Below, one piece after another: positions 10,401 through 17,422 of a stretch of DNA of 26,812 nt (positions are counted from its first letter, which is position 1; each line of letters starts with the position of its first letter). The stretch is from a virus (lineage: Duplodnaviria; Caudoviricetes): IMG/VR virus record IMGVR_UViG_3300017978_000334, positions 1 to 26,812 of that record, one strand, 5' to 3'. A program made the position numbers and the translations under genes. The notes beneath the pieces were generated by a model. The model saw only the letters and a program-made list of their open reading frames with translations, did no database searches and was not told where the DNA came from.

Positions 10401-13400
10401 GGATTATGTATTTGCAATTGGAGCACCCATCCAAGGAACTACAGGTGCATTTACAAATAATGCTTATGTGTTAAGTTGGAATACTACAACACGTGAACTT
10501 GTTATTTCTAATGAATTAACAACCATTGGCGAAGAACAACAGCGTATTAAGTATACTGCATTAAGTACAATCACACAAGATCAAAGTACATACACAGCAA
10601 TACCAATAGTATCTGTAGAAGACCGCACAGATTTATATACCGCAGTGGTAAAAACAAACAGTACAAGAACTGCAAGCCAAATTCAAAATCCAAGCGGTAC
10701 AATTGGATTTAAATGTAATTACCATCGTCCAAGTATCTTGAACAGTTCTTCACACACATGGGAATTCGCAGGAGCAGGTACAGACTATAATGCACTACCA
10801 CAAAACGGTGGTCAAACTATTTTAGCCTACCAGCAATACACAGAATTACCAGGACGAGTTTATACATCTGGTACTAACGAAGCAGGTGACTTCTTAGTTG
10901 GTGACTTTATTAAGGCTGAAAACAACACTGGTAAGATTACATTCCGTACTGAAGTTACTGTTGGACAGTTGAACGTGCTACGACTATCATTGTCTAGTAT
11001 TGAAATTAGTTCTATCAGTAATGACACAGGGCTAGGCGATAATGAAATTGGCGGAGCCAGCGACAGTCGGTTGACAACACAAAAGGCTATTCGCAGTTTT
11101 ATCAATAACAGATTAGGTAGCGTACTTGATAAAAACGTTTCAACTAACTCAGTTGCAGGAGCACTTGTTCAGTTAAACAGTTCTGGTCAAATCAACGTTG
11201 ACTTAATTCCTCCACTTAGAGGCGTTACAACTTACGCAACCACTGAATTTGGCGGTCGTTTATTGTTAAGCGAAAAAATTCCAACTGTGGAAGTATTCAA
11301 CGGTGACAATGCCAGCGAAACTTATCAACAACAAACTCTAACATTAACAGGCGGAACATTGACCGCAGTAGTTGGAGATTTAATTACACAAACCGGAACA
11401 ACAGGATCGGGTCGTGTTAAAGAAGCAGTAACAGGCGGCACAAGTGTAACACTATACGGTGTAACTGGTACGTTTACAGAAGACAATGCCGCACAAACTA
11501 TTATTAAAAACGGATCTGTCGTTACCGGAGTCTACCCAAGCGGATTAACTGCTGTTGCAGAAATCGTTGATAATTATTTCTTAAACAACGACACCAGCAG
11601 CCAGTTCTTAATATTAAGCGGAACTGGACATAGTTTCACAAACGGTAATACAATTACCAGTGCAATTGGACTAGCGCAAGGTCAAATTACTGAATATCGT
11701 GCAGGTGTACTATACGGATTAAATTTAAGTAGTTTACTTGGTGGTAGTTCATATACACCAGGCAGCGGAAGTACAACATATACTAACGTAAGTTTAACAA
11801 ATGTTAGCGGTAGCGGTACTGGTGCTAAAGCAGATATCACTGTAACCAACGGCGCTGTTACAGATGTAACTATTGTAAATGGTGGCAGTGGATATGCATC
11901 AGGTAACGTATTAAGTGCTAGTGCAAGTAACATTGGTGGCACAGGTAGTGGATTCCAAATTACTGCTAATCGCGCAGATACAAGACTATATGTTGACCTA
12001 GTTGGAAGTAAGACCAAGTTCAATGCTACAACCGCAGTTAACGATTATTTTGAAGACAACAATGCTCCAGTTACCACCATTAGCGATCTTGCCGCATTTA
12101 CCACATTTAGTTTTAGTGGTAATACAGATATTAATACAGGTACTGGTTATATTATTTTAACTAGTCACGGTTTAACCAACGGTGCTATTTTACAGTATAG
12201 TAATCAAGGTAACACAAGCAATGGCGGATTAACTAATAACCGTGCTTATTTTATCAAAGTAATCAATACAAATGCTGTTCAGTTATACACCAATTATGCA
12301 TTGAATCCCGCAGATCAAGTGTTATTAACTGCAACGTCCACAGGTACACATACCTTAACACGTAACACTGTAAGTATTGGTTCTACAAGTTTAAGTTTCC
12401 TATACAAAGCCGCACACGGATTTACCACAGGAGACCCAGTCTATGTTGAAGGCGCTGATTTGCCAGCAGGCTTAACTGCTGACTCTTACTATTTTGTTGG
12501 TAGTGTAAGTACTAATACTTTTACTCTTCACACTAGTAGAACAAATGCGCTAGCCAGCACAGGAGGTACAACTGCTAGTAAAATTACATTTACAGATACA
12601 GGATCTGGCTCAGCAACATTGACAACTCAAAACGTTGCATTTACAGGAACCATAAACACCAGCAGTAGTTTATCTGCAAATTGGGGAACTGTGAGCGTAA
12701 GCAGTCTTGATGCAAGTAACATTGTGTCTGGAGTATTTGCTAGTAGCAGACTTGCAAGTAGCGGTACAGCCAATACACAAACATTCTTACGTGGAGATAG
12801 TACTTGGTCATATGCAGTACAAGGTATTCGTAAAAATGCCAACACTGCAATTAGTTTATCTGGCGACACATATACAGATGGCGGCAACACTATCTACTAC
12901 AATATCCCAATTTTGGATGTTGACAAAGTGGATGGAGACGGTGGTACACCAAACTTTACAAATCCAGGTGTATCATCATTTGATAAGAGTCAGTTTGCTG
13001 TAGGTAAAGCAACAAATATTCCCGCAGATACTGGTAACGTAAGCATTAAGCCAGGTGTGATCGATGCGGGTTTCTTAGGCGGTCAGCCTGGAACATACTA
13101 TACCAATCCTGATAACTTCAGCAAAGCAGTTCCTGTATTGAAAGGTGGTACCGGCTTAACAACATACTTACAAGGAGATATGTTGTATGCAGGTGCTGGC
13201 GGAAGTTTAACACAATTACCAATCGGTGGAGTTAGCAGTGTTTTAAGTTCTGACGGATCTATTCCCTCATGGTCAACTAACTTAAACTTAGCGGGTAGTG
13301 TTACTGCGGGTAGTGCATTGTTTAACAGCGATGTAAACAGTACAAATACTACCAGCGGTTCGTTACAAGTTCAAGGCGGTGCAGGTATTACTAGAAACTT

Positions 13401-15573
13401 GTTTGTTGGCGGTAACTTATCTGTTACTGGTGCTATTAACTTTAATAGTTCGTTGGCAATTACTGGTGATGATGCCGTTATTACCCTAAGCCCAGGCGGC
13501 ACAGGTACAGTAAGTATTCAACCTGCTGGTACAACTACCATCGGTACTCTTGGAGTACAAACAACATTAGTCGGCAATCTAAGTGCTACACAAAACCAGC
13601 AACTTATTAACTTCAGCCCTACTGGTACAAACAGTGCAATTACAATTAATAGTGCAGGTAGTTTAACATTAGGTGCTGCCGCAGCCGGTGGTATTAATGT
13701 TACAACAGATATCACTAGTGCAGGCGACATTGCTGTAAACGGTGGAGACATCACTACAACTGCTACAACATTTAATTTAGTTAATACTAATGCAACTACT
13801 GTTAACATTGCAGGCGCAGGCACTGCCGTTGCAATTGGTGCTAGTTTAGTTGGTACAACAACTGTTCGAAATAATTTAACAGTTAACGGCGATGTAACAT
13901 TAAGTGGTACTAATGCAACTTTAAGTGCTACTTCAGTTACTATAGCAGACAACGCTATCCAGTTAGCACAACGTACAACCCCAACTAATGCTGTAGCAGA
14001 TGGTGGCGGTATCATACTAAAAGGAACCACAGACCATACAATTTTATGGGACGTAACAAATACAAACTGGACACTAAACGAGCACGTTAATATCCCAACA
14101 GGCAAGTCTTACAAAGTCAATAATGTTGCTGTATTAAGTGCAACTGCCCTAGGAAGTACAGTTGTAGGTTCTAGTTTGACCAGTGTTGGCACACTAACAG
14201 GCGGTACATGGAGTGCAAACATAATTGCTGGACAGTACGGCGGAACTGGTGTTGCTAACACAGGTAAAACAATTACACTAGGCGGTAATTTAACTACTGC
14301 CGGATCATTTAATACAACTATTACTGTATCTAATACTACAAGTGTTACTTTACCAACTAGCGGTACATTAATTGGTAATAACGACACGGGAACAGTTTCT
14401 AATAATATGTTGGCCGGAAGTATTCCAAATAGCAAATTAGCAAACAGCAGTATTACACTCAACGGTACACTGGTTAACTTAGGAGATACAGTAACAGTAA
14501 CGGCTAGCCTTGCTAACAACTTGACAGTTGGCACTGGTTTACAACTAGACAGTGGAACAACGTTTAATGGTGGCTCTGCTCGCACAATCAGTATTACTAG
14601 TGCGGTTGCTACACTAACAGGTACACAAACATTTGCTAACAAGACATTTACTGATAGTTCTACATTGTTCCAAGACGATGCAGACAATACTAAGAAAATG
14701 GCTTTTGATGTCAGCGGCGTAACTGCTAATACAACTCGCACACTAACAGTTCCAAACGTAAGTGGTACAATCGTTACAACAGGAGACACTGGAAGTGTAA
14801 CTAACACAATGTTAGCAGGAAGTATTGCTAACGCTAAGTTAACCAACAGTACAATTAGTGGTGTAGGTTTAGGTAGCAACTTGTTTAGTTTAACAGCAGG
14901 TTCATTCCTAACATGGAGTGTTGGCACAACATACAACGGTAGTGCCGCAAGTACTCTAGCAGTCGATGCTACAAACGCCAACACCGGTAGTAAAGTCGTT
15001 GCACGTGATAGTAGCGGTAACTTCAGTGCAGGTACAATTACTGCAAGTTTAAGTGGACTAGCAAGTGCCGCAACTAACATTCGTGTAAGTGCTACAGATT
15101 ATGCAGGTAATACTGCAAGTAGTGCCAATACAGTTGCACTACGTGATGGATCAAGTGACATTTACGCTAACTTGTTCCGTGGTACAGCAACAACAGCACG
15201 TTACGCTGACTTGGCAGAAAACTATCTAGGTGATGTCAAGTATGAAGCAGGCACAGTTGTTATGTTTGGCGGAGATGCTGAAGTAACATTAGCCGCAGAC
15301 GGTACACGTCGTGTAGCAGGTGTTGTTTCTACCAACCCAGCACACTTAATGAACGAAGGTCTACAAGGCGAAACTGTAGTTGCTCTAGCACTACAAGGTC
15401 GTGTACCTTGTAAGGTAACTGGCAAGATCCGTAAGGGTGATATGCTAGTTGCCGCAGGCAATGGCTATGCTCGTGCAGAAGAAGATCCAAAGATGGGCCA
15501 AGTAATTGGTAAAGCACTGGAGGACTTCGACGGAGAGAGTGGAGTTATTGAAGTAGTGGTAGGACGTATGTAA
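4432..15573 (+). CDS. Giant multidomain tail fibre/spike-type virion protein (3713 aa): fibre N-terminal attachment motif, beta-helix interrupted by 7 CxRD helical repeats, HGxxxG beta repeats, shaft, C-terminal autoproteolytic chaperone-like domain
   Basis: The N-terminus RILFKR...P...LVQGELAMNTADGKVF is Mtd_N/hyaluronidase-N-like. The segments YVSDRKGDDTNDG...PVRSLKRA and TIQVAAGDFYIDNPIIIPDRVSVVGDSLRSVVIRP are the cap and first coils of a pectin-lyase-like beta-helix. The C-terminus YADLAENY...VAGVVSTNPA..MN...VALALQGRVPCKV.G.I.KGD.LV is peptidase-G2/intramolecular-chaperone-like. The SD and late promoter are good. Confidence 0.85.
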   Translation: MASRILFKRNNNAGVTPSAGSLVQGELAMNTADGKVFLKKEDNTVLDITKTTFERDTSITANDNGGVTPSKIIAKVDNVTEFEVTANGTEFVNDVRIKDQKGLIFNDAANNNTVTIKGPDNVDFSYEIKLPRFQPIDQSVLALDGQGNLEWSSPDSFGGNRVYVSDRKGDDTNDGVNAPVRSLKRAAQIAASLGLRPLTDPGQGKFNAKRLLEANRSFIQSQVIKWIDANFVNFQYDEEKCRRDLGLIIDAVALDFVIGTNYKAVTTGLSYRRANAYTVIQDQILQTKSAILQAQQEGLSYITNSTALGRYNTAFAEIVDILENDVGDDSTDAIVYPSTAATSTDQIAAKDKLQANKNFLKEEVIAWINTNYSDFVYDETKCARDTGLLLDAAGFDAVLNTNYNAVVAGRAYLRANADYLENNQKLQTVAAFQYAKSQALLSVSGAGGTPTFVDGDTFTQGTDYSLSGNDAGFLATYTTGTLQLFKSLWSNTAALAELAALPSGSQIKIQVPGPSGTVTTILTLTSAWVDNGTTYDATATMPDVFNDFYAYTVTLNAAVANLASQRVELAFDEILDIIANAEGDDSTDAIIFNAPSNATQDAIDARDQLQANRNFLADAVSSYINKQFAGYIYNGIVKTTCERDLGIIIDAARYDAALGTNFNAITAGLAYQRANSSYVLSGQNIQTIAGIEFAKSAAAAVVSANGTTVTRVNAAFDEVIDIIRNGVVSTDTSADPLTFTNPSNATQAVINSKNQLISNREFAKAEIIAWINNEIATATIGSTFDGFTYNSVKCSRDVGYIIDALTYDLIYGGNSASIVAANSYFVGTLGQLGAGQKDGTIAAYNRLNTVLSQIIQGQSVTITTGNIETQSGVGTATVGTSAEATLVSADLQLIIDVITAETPAGLPTPTYPSLGWVNANIVSATDALATSKSTIITNTSAYLTTTFDAFSYNQEKCERDVKYIVDGLTYDILYGGNTATRTTANAYWVGAVTQVPDQIYQTKKAFEYLATIVDDVLLATTITPSQDRKVFLKGAVGSDTFSVTSWSGNSLVIETGAGDLRSQLSVYNGGVSWNAYINGVEVPVTFTSASPGFLDAPPTTITLTTSKTLTDTLGSTATISDIVNLSFIVNYSGASQDTTTYGAAGATQTAAATALLGIVTNVIENGVGVLPTAVNPNLSWASSDLQNARLELVADRQSIIDGTLNYVQTTFQDFVYDETKCARDVGYIVDAITYDVLYGGNSATVGAANAYWITLDGSTYDTQVPQQESVTSLAIDRLAYLTDKVVRGVTITDTYQTAVNQVTSGSNATTVEAGALTDLLGIISGVIINGIGTIPAEVEPDTSWQVGAITANFTAFKNTNRNTIIDAVVQYIADTFTGFVYNSATCSRDTGLILDAVILDFILGGNERSVEAGLAYYEAGNTSAALVISDQRFETAEANKYAKRIAKQIVQNQTISPFFQPIGAEPVQIKYPSISGSAALNDIESLFNTIIGIFEGEPAPTVIANSFQEVPITIQVAAGDFYIDNPIIIPDRVSVVGDSLRSVVIRPLNAGKDMFRIRNGAYMTGFTFRDGLDENLVPNYTFNWCVAFDDPLDDTVDRSGYFGLRRNRPQISLSPYIQNCSIISFLGGNGIWVDGEKIKEPNISPPGFNIEQENPVEGDVPPQGKSMVANAFTMVSFGGTGWLVTNDGYAQIVSCFQIFCLNGSYTQSGGYLSITNSATNFGLYALRSSGFSPNVFKFDKGFVAATGTNGGRITLTTLGTEREPVPQYVLKFRNASTDADVTSNFKVASTELSFDSRAFNAIADLTATITNIAGSGPYTATLTGVNTTGITVGKYLTKTGGDGTLGSVTTVTAVRALANEIDISSNGVIIAGALPLEFAIGGAVNTVSNIITIPDHGFLNGDSVYYYADLTVSGNISILGLIDNGIYFVKVISANTIQLFNDNGLAYLADIQTGGIGTHRIAKNVEEFFVESVVSSHNSYQTLTLPTASPDYVFAIGAPIQGTTGAFTNNAYVLSWNTTTRELVISNELTTIGEEQQRIKYTALSTITQDQSTYTAIPIVSVEDRTDLYTAVVKTNSTRTASQIQNPSGTIGFKCNYHRPSILNSSSHTWEFAGAGTDYNALPQNGGQTILAYQQYTELPGRVYTSGTNEAGDFLVGDFIKAENNTGKITFRTEVTVGQLNVLRLSLSSIEISSISNDTGLGDNEIGGASDSRLTTQKAIRSFINNRLGSVLDKNVSTNSVAGALVQLNSSGQINVDLIPPLRGVTTYATTEFGGRLLLSEKIPTVEVFNGDNASETYQQQTLTLTGGTLTAVVGDLITQTGTTGSGRVKEAVTGGTSVTLYGVTGTFTEDNAAQTIIKNGSVVTGVYPSGLTAVAEIVDNYFLNNDTSSQFLILSGTGHSFTNGNTITSAIGLAQGQITEYRAGVLYGLNLSSLLGGSSYTPGSGSTTYTNVSLTNVSGSGTGAKADITVTNGAVTDVTIVNGGSGYASGNVLSASASNIGGTGSGFQITANRADTRLYVDLVGSKTKFNATTAVNDYFEDNNAPVTTISDLAAFTTFSFSGNTDINTGTGYIILTSHGLTNGAILQYSNQGNTSNGGLTNNRAYFIKVINTNAVQLYTNYALNPADQVLLTATSTGTHTLTRNTVSIGSTSLSFLYKAAHGFTTGDPVYVEGADLPAGLTADSYYFVGSVSTNTFTLHTSRTNALASTGGTTASKITFTDTGSGSATLTTQNVAFTGTINTSSSLSANWGTVSVSSLDASNIVSGVFASSRLASSGTANTQTFLRGDSTWSYAVQGIRKNANTAISLSGDTYTDGGNTIYYNIPILDVDKVDGDGGTPNFTNPGVSSFDKSQFAVGKATNIPADTGNVSIKPGVIDAGFLGGQPGTYYTNPDNFSKAVPVLKGGTGLTTYLQGDMLYAGAGGSLTQLPIGGVSSVLSSDGSIPSWSTNLNLAGSVTAGSALFNSDVNSTNTTSGSLQVQGGAGITRNLFVGGNLSVTGAINFNSSLAITGDDAVITLSPGGTGTVSIQPAGTTTIGTLGVQTTLVGNLSATQNQQLINFSPTGTNSAITINSAGSLTLGAAAAGGINVTTDITSAGDIAVNGGDITTTATTFNLVNTNATTVNIAGAGTAVAIGASLVGTTTVRNNLTVNGDVTLSGTNATLSATSVTIADNAIQLAQRTTPTNAVADGGGIILKGTTDHTILWDVTNTNWTLNEHVNIPTGKSYKVNNVAVLSATALGSTVVGSSLTSVGTLTGGTWSANIIAGQYGGTGVANTGKTITLGGNLTTAGSFNTTITVSNTTSVTLPTSGTLIGNNDTGTVSNNMLAGSIPNSKLANSSITLNGTLVNLGDTVTVTASLANNLTVGTGLQLDSGTTFNGGSARTISITSAVATLTGTQTFANKTFTDSSTLFQDDADNTKKMAFDVSGVTANTTRTLTVPNVSGTIVTTGDTGSVTNTMLAGSIANAKLTNSTISGVGLGSNLFSLTAGSFLTWSVGTTYNGSAASTLAVDATNANTGSKVVARDSSGNFSAGTITASLSGLASAATNIRVSATDYAGNTASSANTVALRDGSSDIYANLFRGTATTARYADLAENYLGDVKYEAGTVVMFGGDAEVTLAADGTRRVAGVVSTNPAHLMNEGLQGETVVALALQGRVPCKVTGKIRKGDMLVAAGNGYARAEEDPKMGQVIGKALEDFDGESGVIEVVVGRM
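5041..8920 (+). repeat. Seven ~140-165-aa alpha-helical repeats with invariant C-x-R-D motif (phycobiliprotein/globin-like?)
   Basis: Cys codons lie at 5152, 5575, 6352, 6811, 7300, 8092 and 8587 (Cys241, 382, 641, 794, 957, 1221, 1386). Consensus: LxxNxxFxxxxxxxxI...FxYxxxKCxRDxGxIxDAxxYDxxxGGNxxxxxAxxAY. Confidence 0.9.
10100..12625 (+). repeat. Three HG(F/L)xxG-x-V-Y ... GL ... YFV ... NTxxL beta-domain repeats within the giant protein
   Basis: The copies are HGFLNGDSVYYY...GLIDNGIYFVKVISANTIQL (~10117), HGLTNGAILQY...GLTNNRAYFIKVINTNAVQL (~12166) and HGFTTGDPVYV...GLTADSYYFVGSVSTNTFTL (~12415). Confidence 0.75.
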
Positions 15574-15574
15574 C

Positions 15575-15601
15575 AAAAATGCCCCGCAAGGGGCATTTTT
15601 T
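15575..15601. terminator. Bidirectional rho-independent terminator
   Basis: AAAAATGCCCC-GCAA-GGGGCATTTTT(T) is a perfect 11-bp inverted repeat with a GNRA tetraloop and a T-tract on both strands. It sits between two convergent stop codons (15573 and 15600). Confidence 0.92.
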
Positions 15602-16046
15602 ATATCAAATCAACAATATCAAATACTGTTTGTAGTTTAGTACGTATAGTTTTATTTGAAAAACTTGATCTAAGACCTTGATGTAATGGTTTAGGAGCAC
15701 CGTCTACAGTACACCACGCCCATCCTTGGTGTTCGCTACTTAGTGTAGGAATGAATTCGTTGTCAATTACACAAAGGTATGTGTGAAAATTAAACACACT
15801 ATCGTTGCTGACAAATGTTTCTAAAGGAATTGTTTTAATAATAGCAGGTATGTCGCCAACTTCTTCTGCTATTTCACGTTGAAGGCCTTGCCAAGCAGTT
15901 TCTCCTTCGATGTTGGTGCCACCGACAAGTCCCCATGTTCCGCGATGCTTGCCTGTGGCTTTTTGTAACAGTAGAAATCTTCGTGTAGATTTAGCGTAGA
16001 ATAATGCGCCGCTACAAACAATTTGTTCTCTACTAATGCTGGTCAT
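15600..16046 (-). CDS. NUDIX hydrolase
   Basis: The Nudix box GGTNIEGETAWQGLQREIAEEVG fits Gx5Ex7REUxEExG. Also present are the typical N-terminal FLLL..W strand and C-terminal EHxxxxW. Confidence 0.9.
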   Translation of the reverse strand: MTSISREQIVCSGALFYAKSTRRFLLLQKATGKHRGTWGLVGGTNIEGETAWQGLQREIAEEVGDIPAIIKTIPLETFVSNDSVFNFHTYLCVIDNEFIPTLSSEHQGWAWCTVDGAPKPLHQGLRSSFSNKTIRTKLQTVFDIVDLI

Positions 16047-16055
16047 AACAGTACT

Positions 16056-16061
16056 TATTTA
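16056..16061 (-). promoter_or_regulatory. Putative late promoter TAAATA overlapping the gp15-like stop codon
   Basis: The minus strand reads TTTAAATA-AGTACTGTT-ATG. The motif lies 9 nt before the NUDIX start and there is no SD. Confidence 0.5.
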
Positions 16062-17420
16062 AAGCACAATTCGCCAAGAACCTTTCTGATATTCGCCTTC
16101 AAACGCACGAGTCCACTCGCCGTCTTCGAATTTATACTGTACTCCAGTTCTAAGATTAGTGGTGTAAATTATCTCATCGATCTCTTCGGAGGCCTGTGCA
16201 ACTACCCACTGCGTGCCAGTCCATTCAATAATGTCGTTGGCCTTGGCAATAAAGTCGCCCCATGCTGATGTATTGTTTCCAATATTATTTAATATTAGAT
16301 ATCTAGGATTTCCTGTAACCGCTCCTGGATTATAGGTTTCTGGATCTATGATTGCATCTACGTTGGTTCTAGTAATGTCTGTTTGTGTACACAGTATAGG
16401 AGTATTAGTATTATAAGTATCTTGATCAAAATTAATAACTAATTTTGTTTCGTCTGCAGGATTTAATGCCACAGTGCCAACAATATAATTTCCTGTTGCT
16501 TGTTCTAGAAAAATTTGTGTACTACCGGCTCTAAATTTCCCAGCGTATTGATCTAACAATACTCTCCAATTTAATTCGGCACCATTTTTCTGCCACAATT
16601 TTGCCGCATCTTCTTTTAGTGCAACTAGTGCAGTTTTAGGATCTAATAGTTCTGCATTATATTGTCCAGTATCGGTGTTATAGTATACAAAAATATCAAA
16701 CCCACCTATGTTAATTTTTTCAGTGACATCTATGTCGTAGTTTTGATCGTGTATATTCATAATAATATCATGAATAACACCTAGACGTTTAACTTTAGTA
16801 GGAGGACTGATATAAATTGGAGTTTCAAAAGTTATAGATGCTATTTCAATATCACTGTCAACTCCTACAGGAATACTTTTTGTACTAAACTGAATATTAG
16901 TAATTTCCAGTACACTTATACTAGTCCAGTCTATATAATTATCAGACGTTTGTAGTTCTAAACTAGGATTAAACAACATTAAAATTTGTTCTAAAATTTG
17001 TAACTTTTGATCAGTACTAGTACTCCATATATCGGCTTTAACAGTTAGTTTATAAGGTGTAGGCATTAAACGTTCTACTGTATAACCGCTGCCTTGTGTT
17101 GGAGCATACTCTACAAAATTACCAGCACTGTCAAAAACTTTTTCACGTTCTCTAATATGAATTTTACTAACATGAGTAGAATCAGATAGTCTAGTTTTAT
17201 CCATGGCTAAATCACTGATATACACAGCAATTCTAGGAGCACTAGGAATTTTATTTTCAGAATTTTCTCTAATAATATTACTTACTTGTCTAGTTAAATC
17301 TCCGTACATTACAGGAACGGTAGTTTGTTTACCGTCTAGACTTTGATATCTAAAACCACTTAACATACGGACAATTTGTCCTACATATCTTCTTATTTGT
17401 CCGTCATAGAACCATTGCAT
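16059..17420 (-). CDS. gp15: T4 gp15-like tail terminator / tail sheath stabilizer, with C-terminal extension
   Basis: The N-terminus MQWFYDGQIRRYVGQIVRMLS, plus VPVMYG, PRIAVYISDLAMDKTR, PTPYKL and QILEQILMLFNP, mirror gp15 motifs as I recall them (FYxxxxRRY, VPITY, P.P, QI.EQI.P.F.P). It is adjacent to a gp14-like gene. Confidence 0.8.
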   Translation of the reverse strand: MQWFYDGQIRRYVGQIVRMLSGFRYQSLDGKQTTVPVMYGDLTRQVSNIIRENSENKIPSAPRIAVYISDLAMDKTRLSDSTHVSKIHIREREKVFDSAGNFVEYAPTQGSGYTVERLMPTPYKLTVKADIWSTSTDQKLQILEQILMLFNPSLELQTSDNYIDWTSISVLEITNIQFSTKSIPVGVDSDIEIASITFETPIYISPPTKVKRLGVIHDIIMNIHDQNYDIDVTEKINIGGFDIFVYYNTDTGQYNAELLDPKTALVALKEDAAKLWQKNGAELNWRVLLDQYAGKFRAGSTQIFLEQATGNYIVGTVALNPADETKLVINFDQDTYNTNTPILCTQTDITRTNVDAIIDPETYNPGAVTGNPRYLILNNIGNNTSAWGDFIAKANDIIEWTGTQWVVAQASEEIDEIIYTTNLRTGVQYKFEDGEWTRAFEGEYQKGSWRIVL

Positions 17421-17422
17421 AA

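Noticed and set aside
289-15517. Many long antisense ORFs (e.g. 751-1455, 13518-14105, 14109-15080)
   Set aside because: These are shadow frames. Antisense stops in this register need sense Tyr/His/Gln codons, which are rare in the T/G/N/V-rich fibres. The products are low-complexity V/P/L with no motifs.
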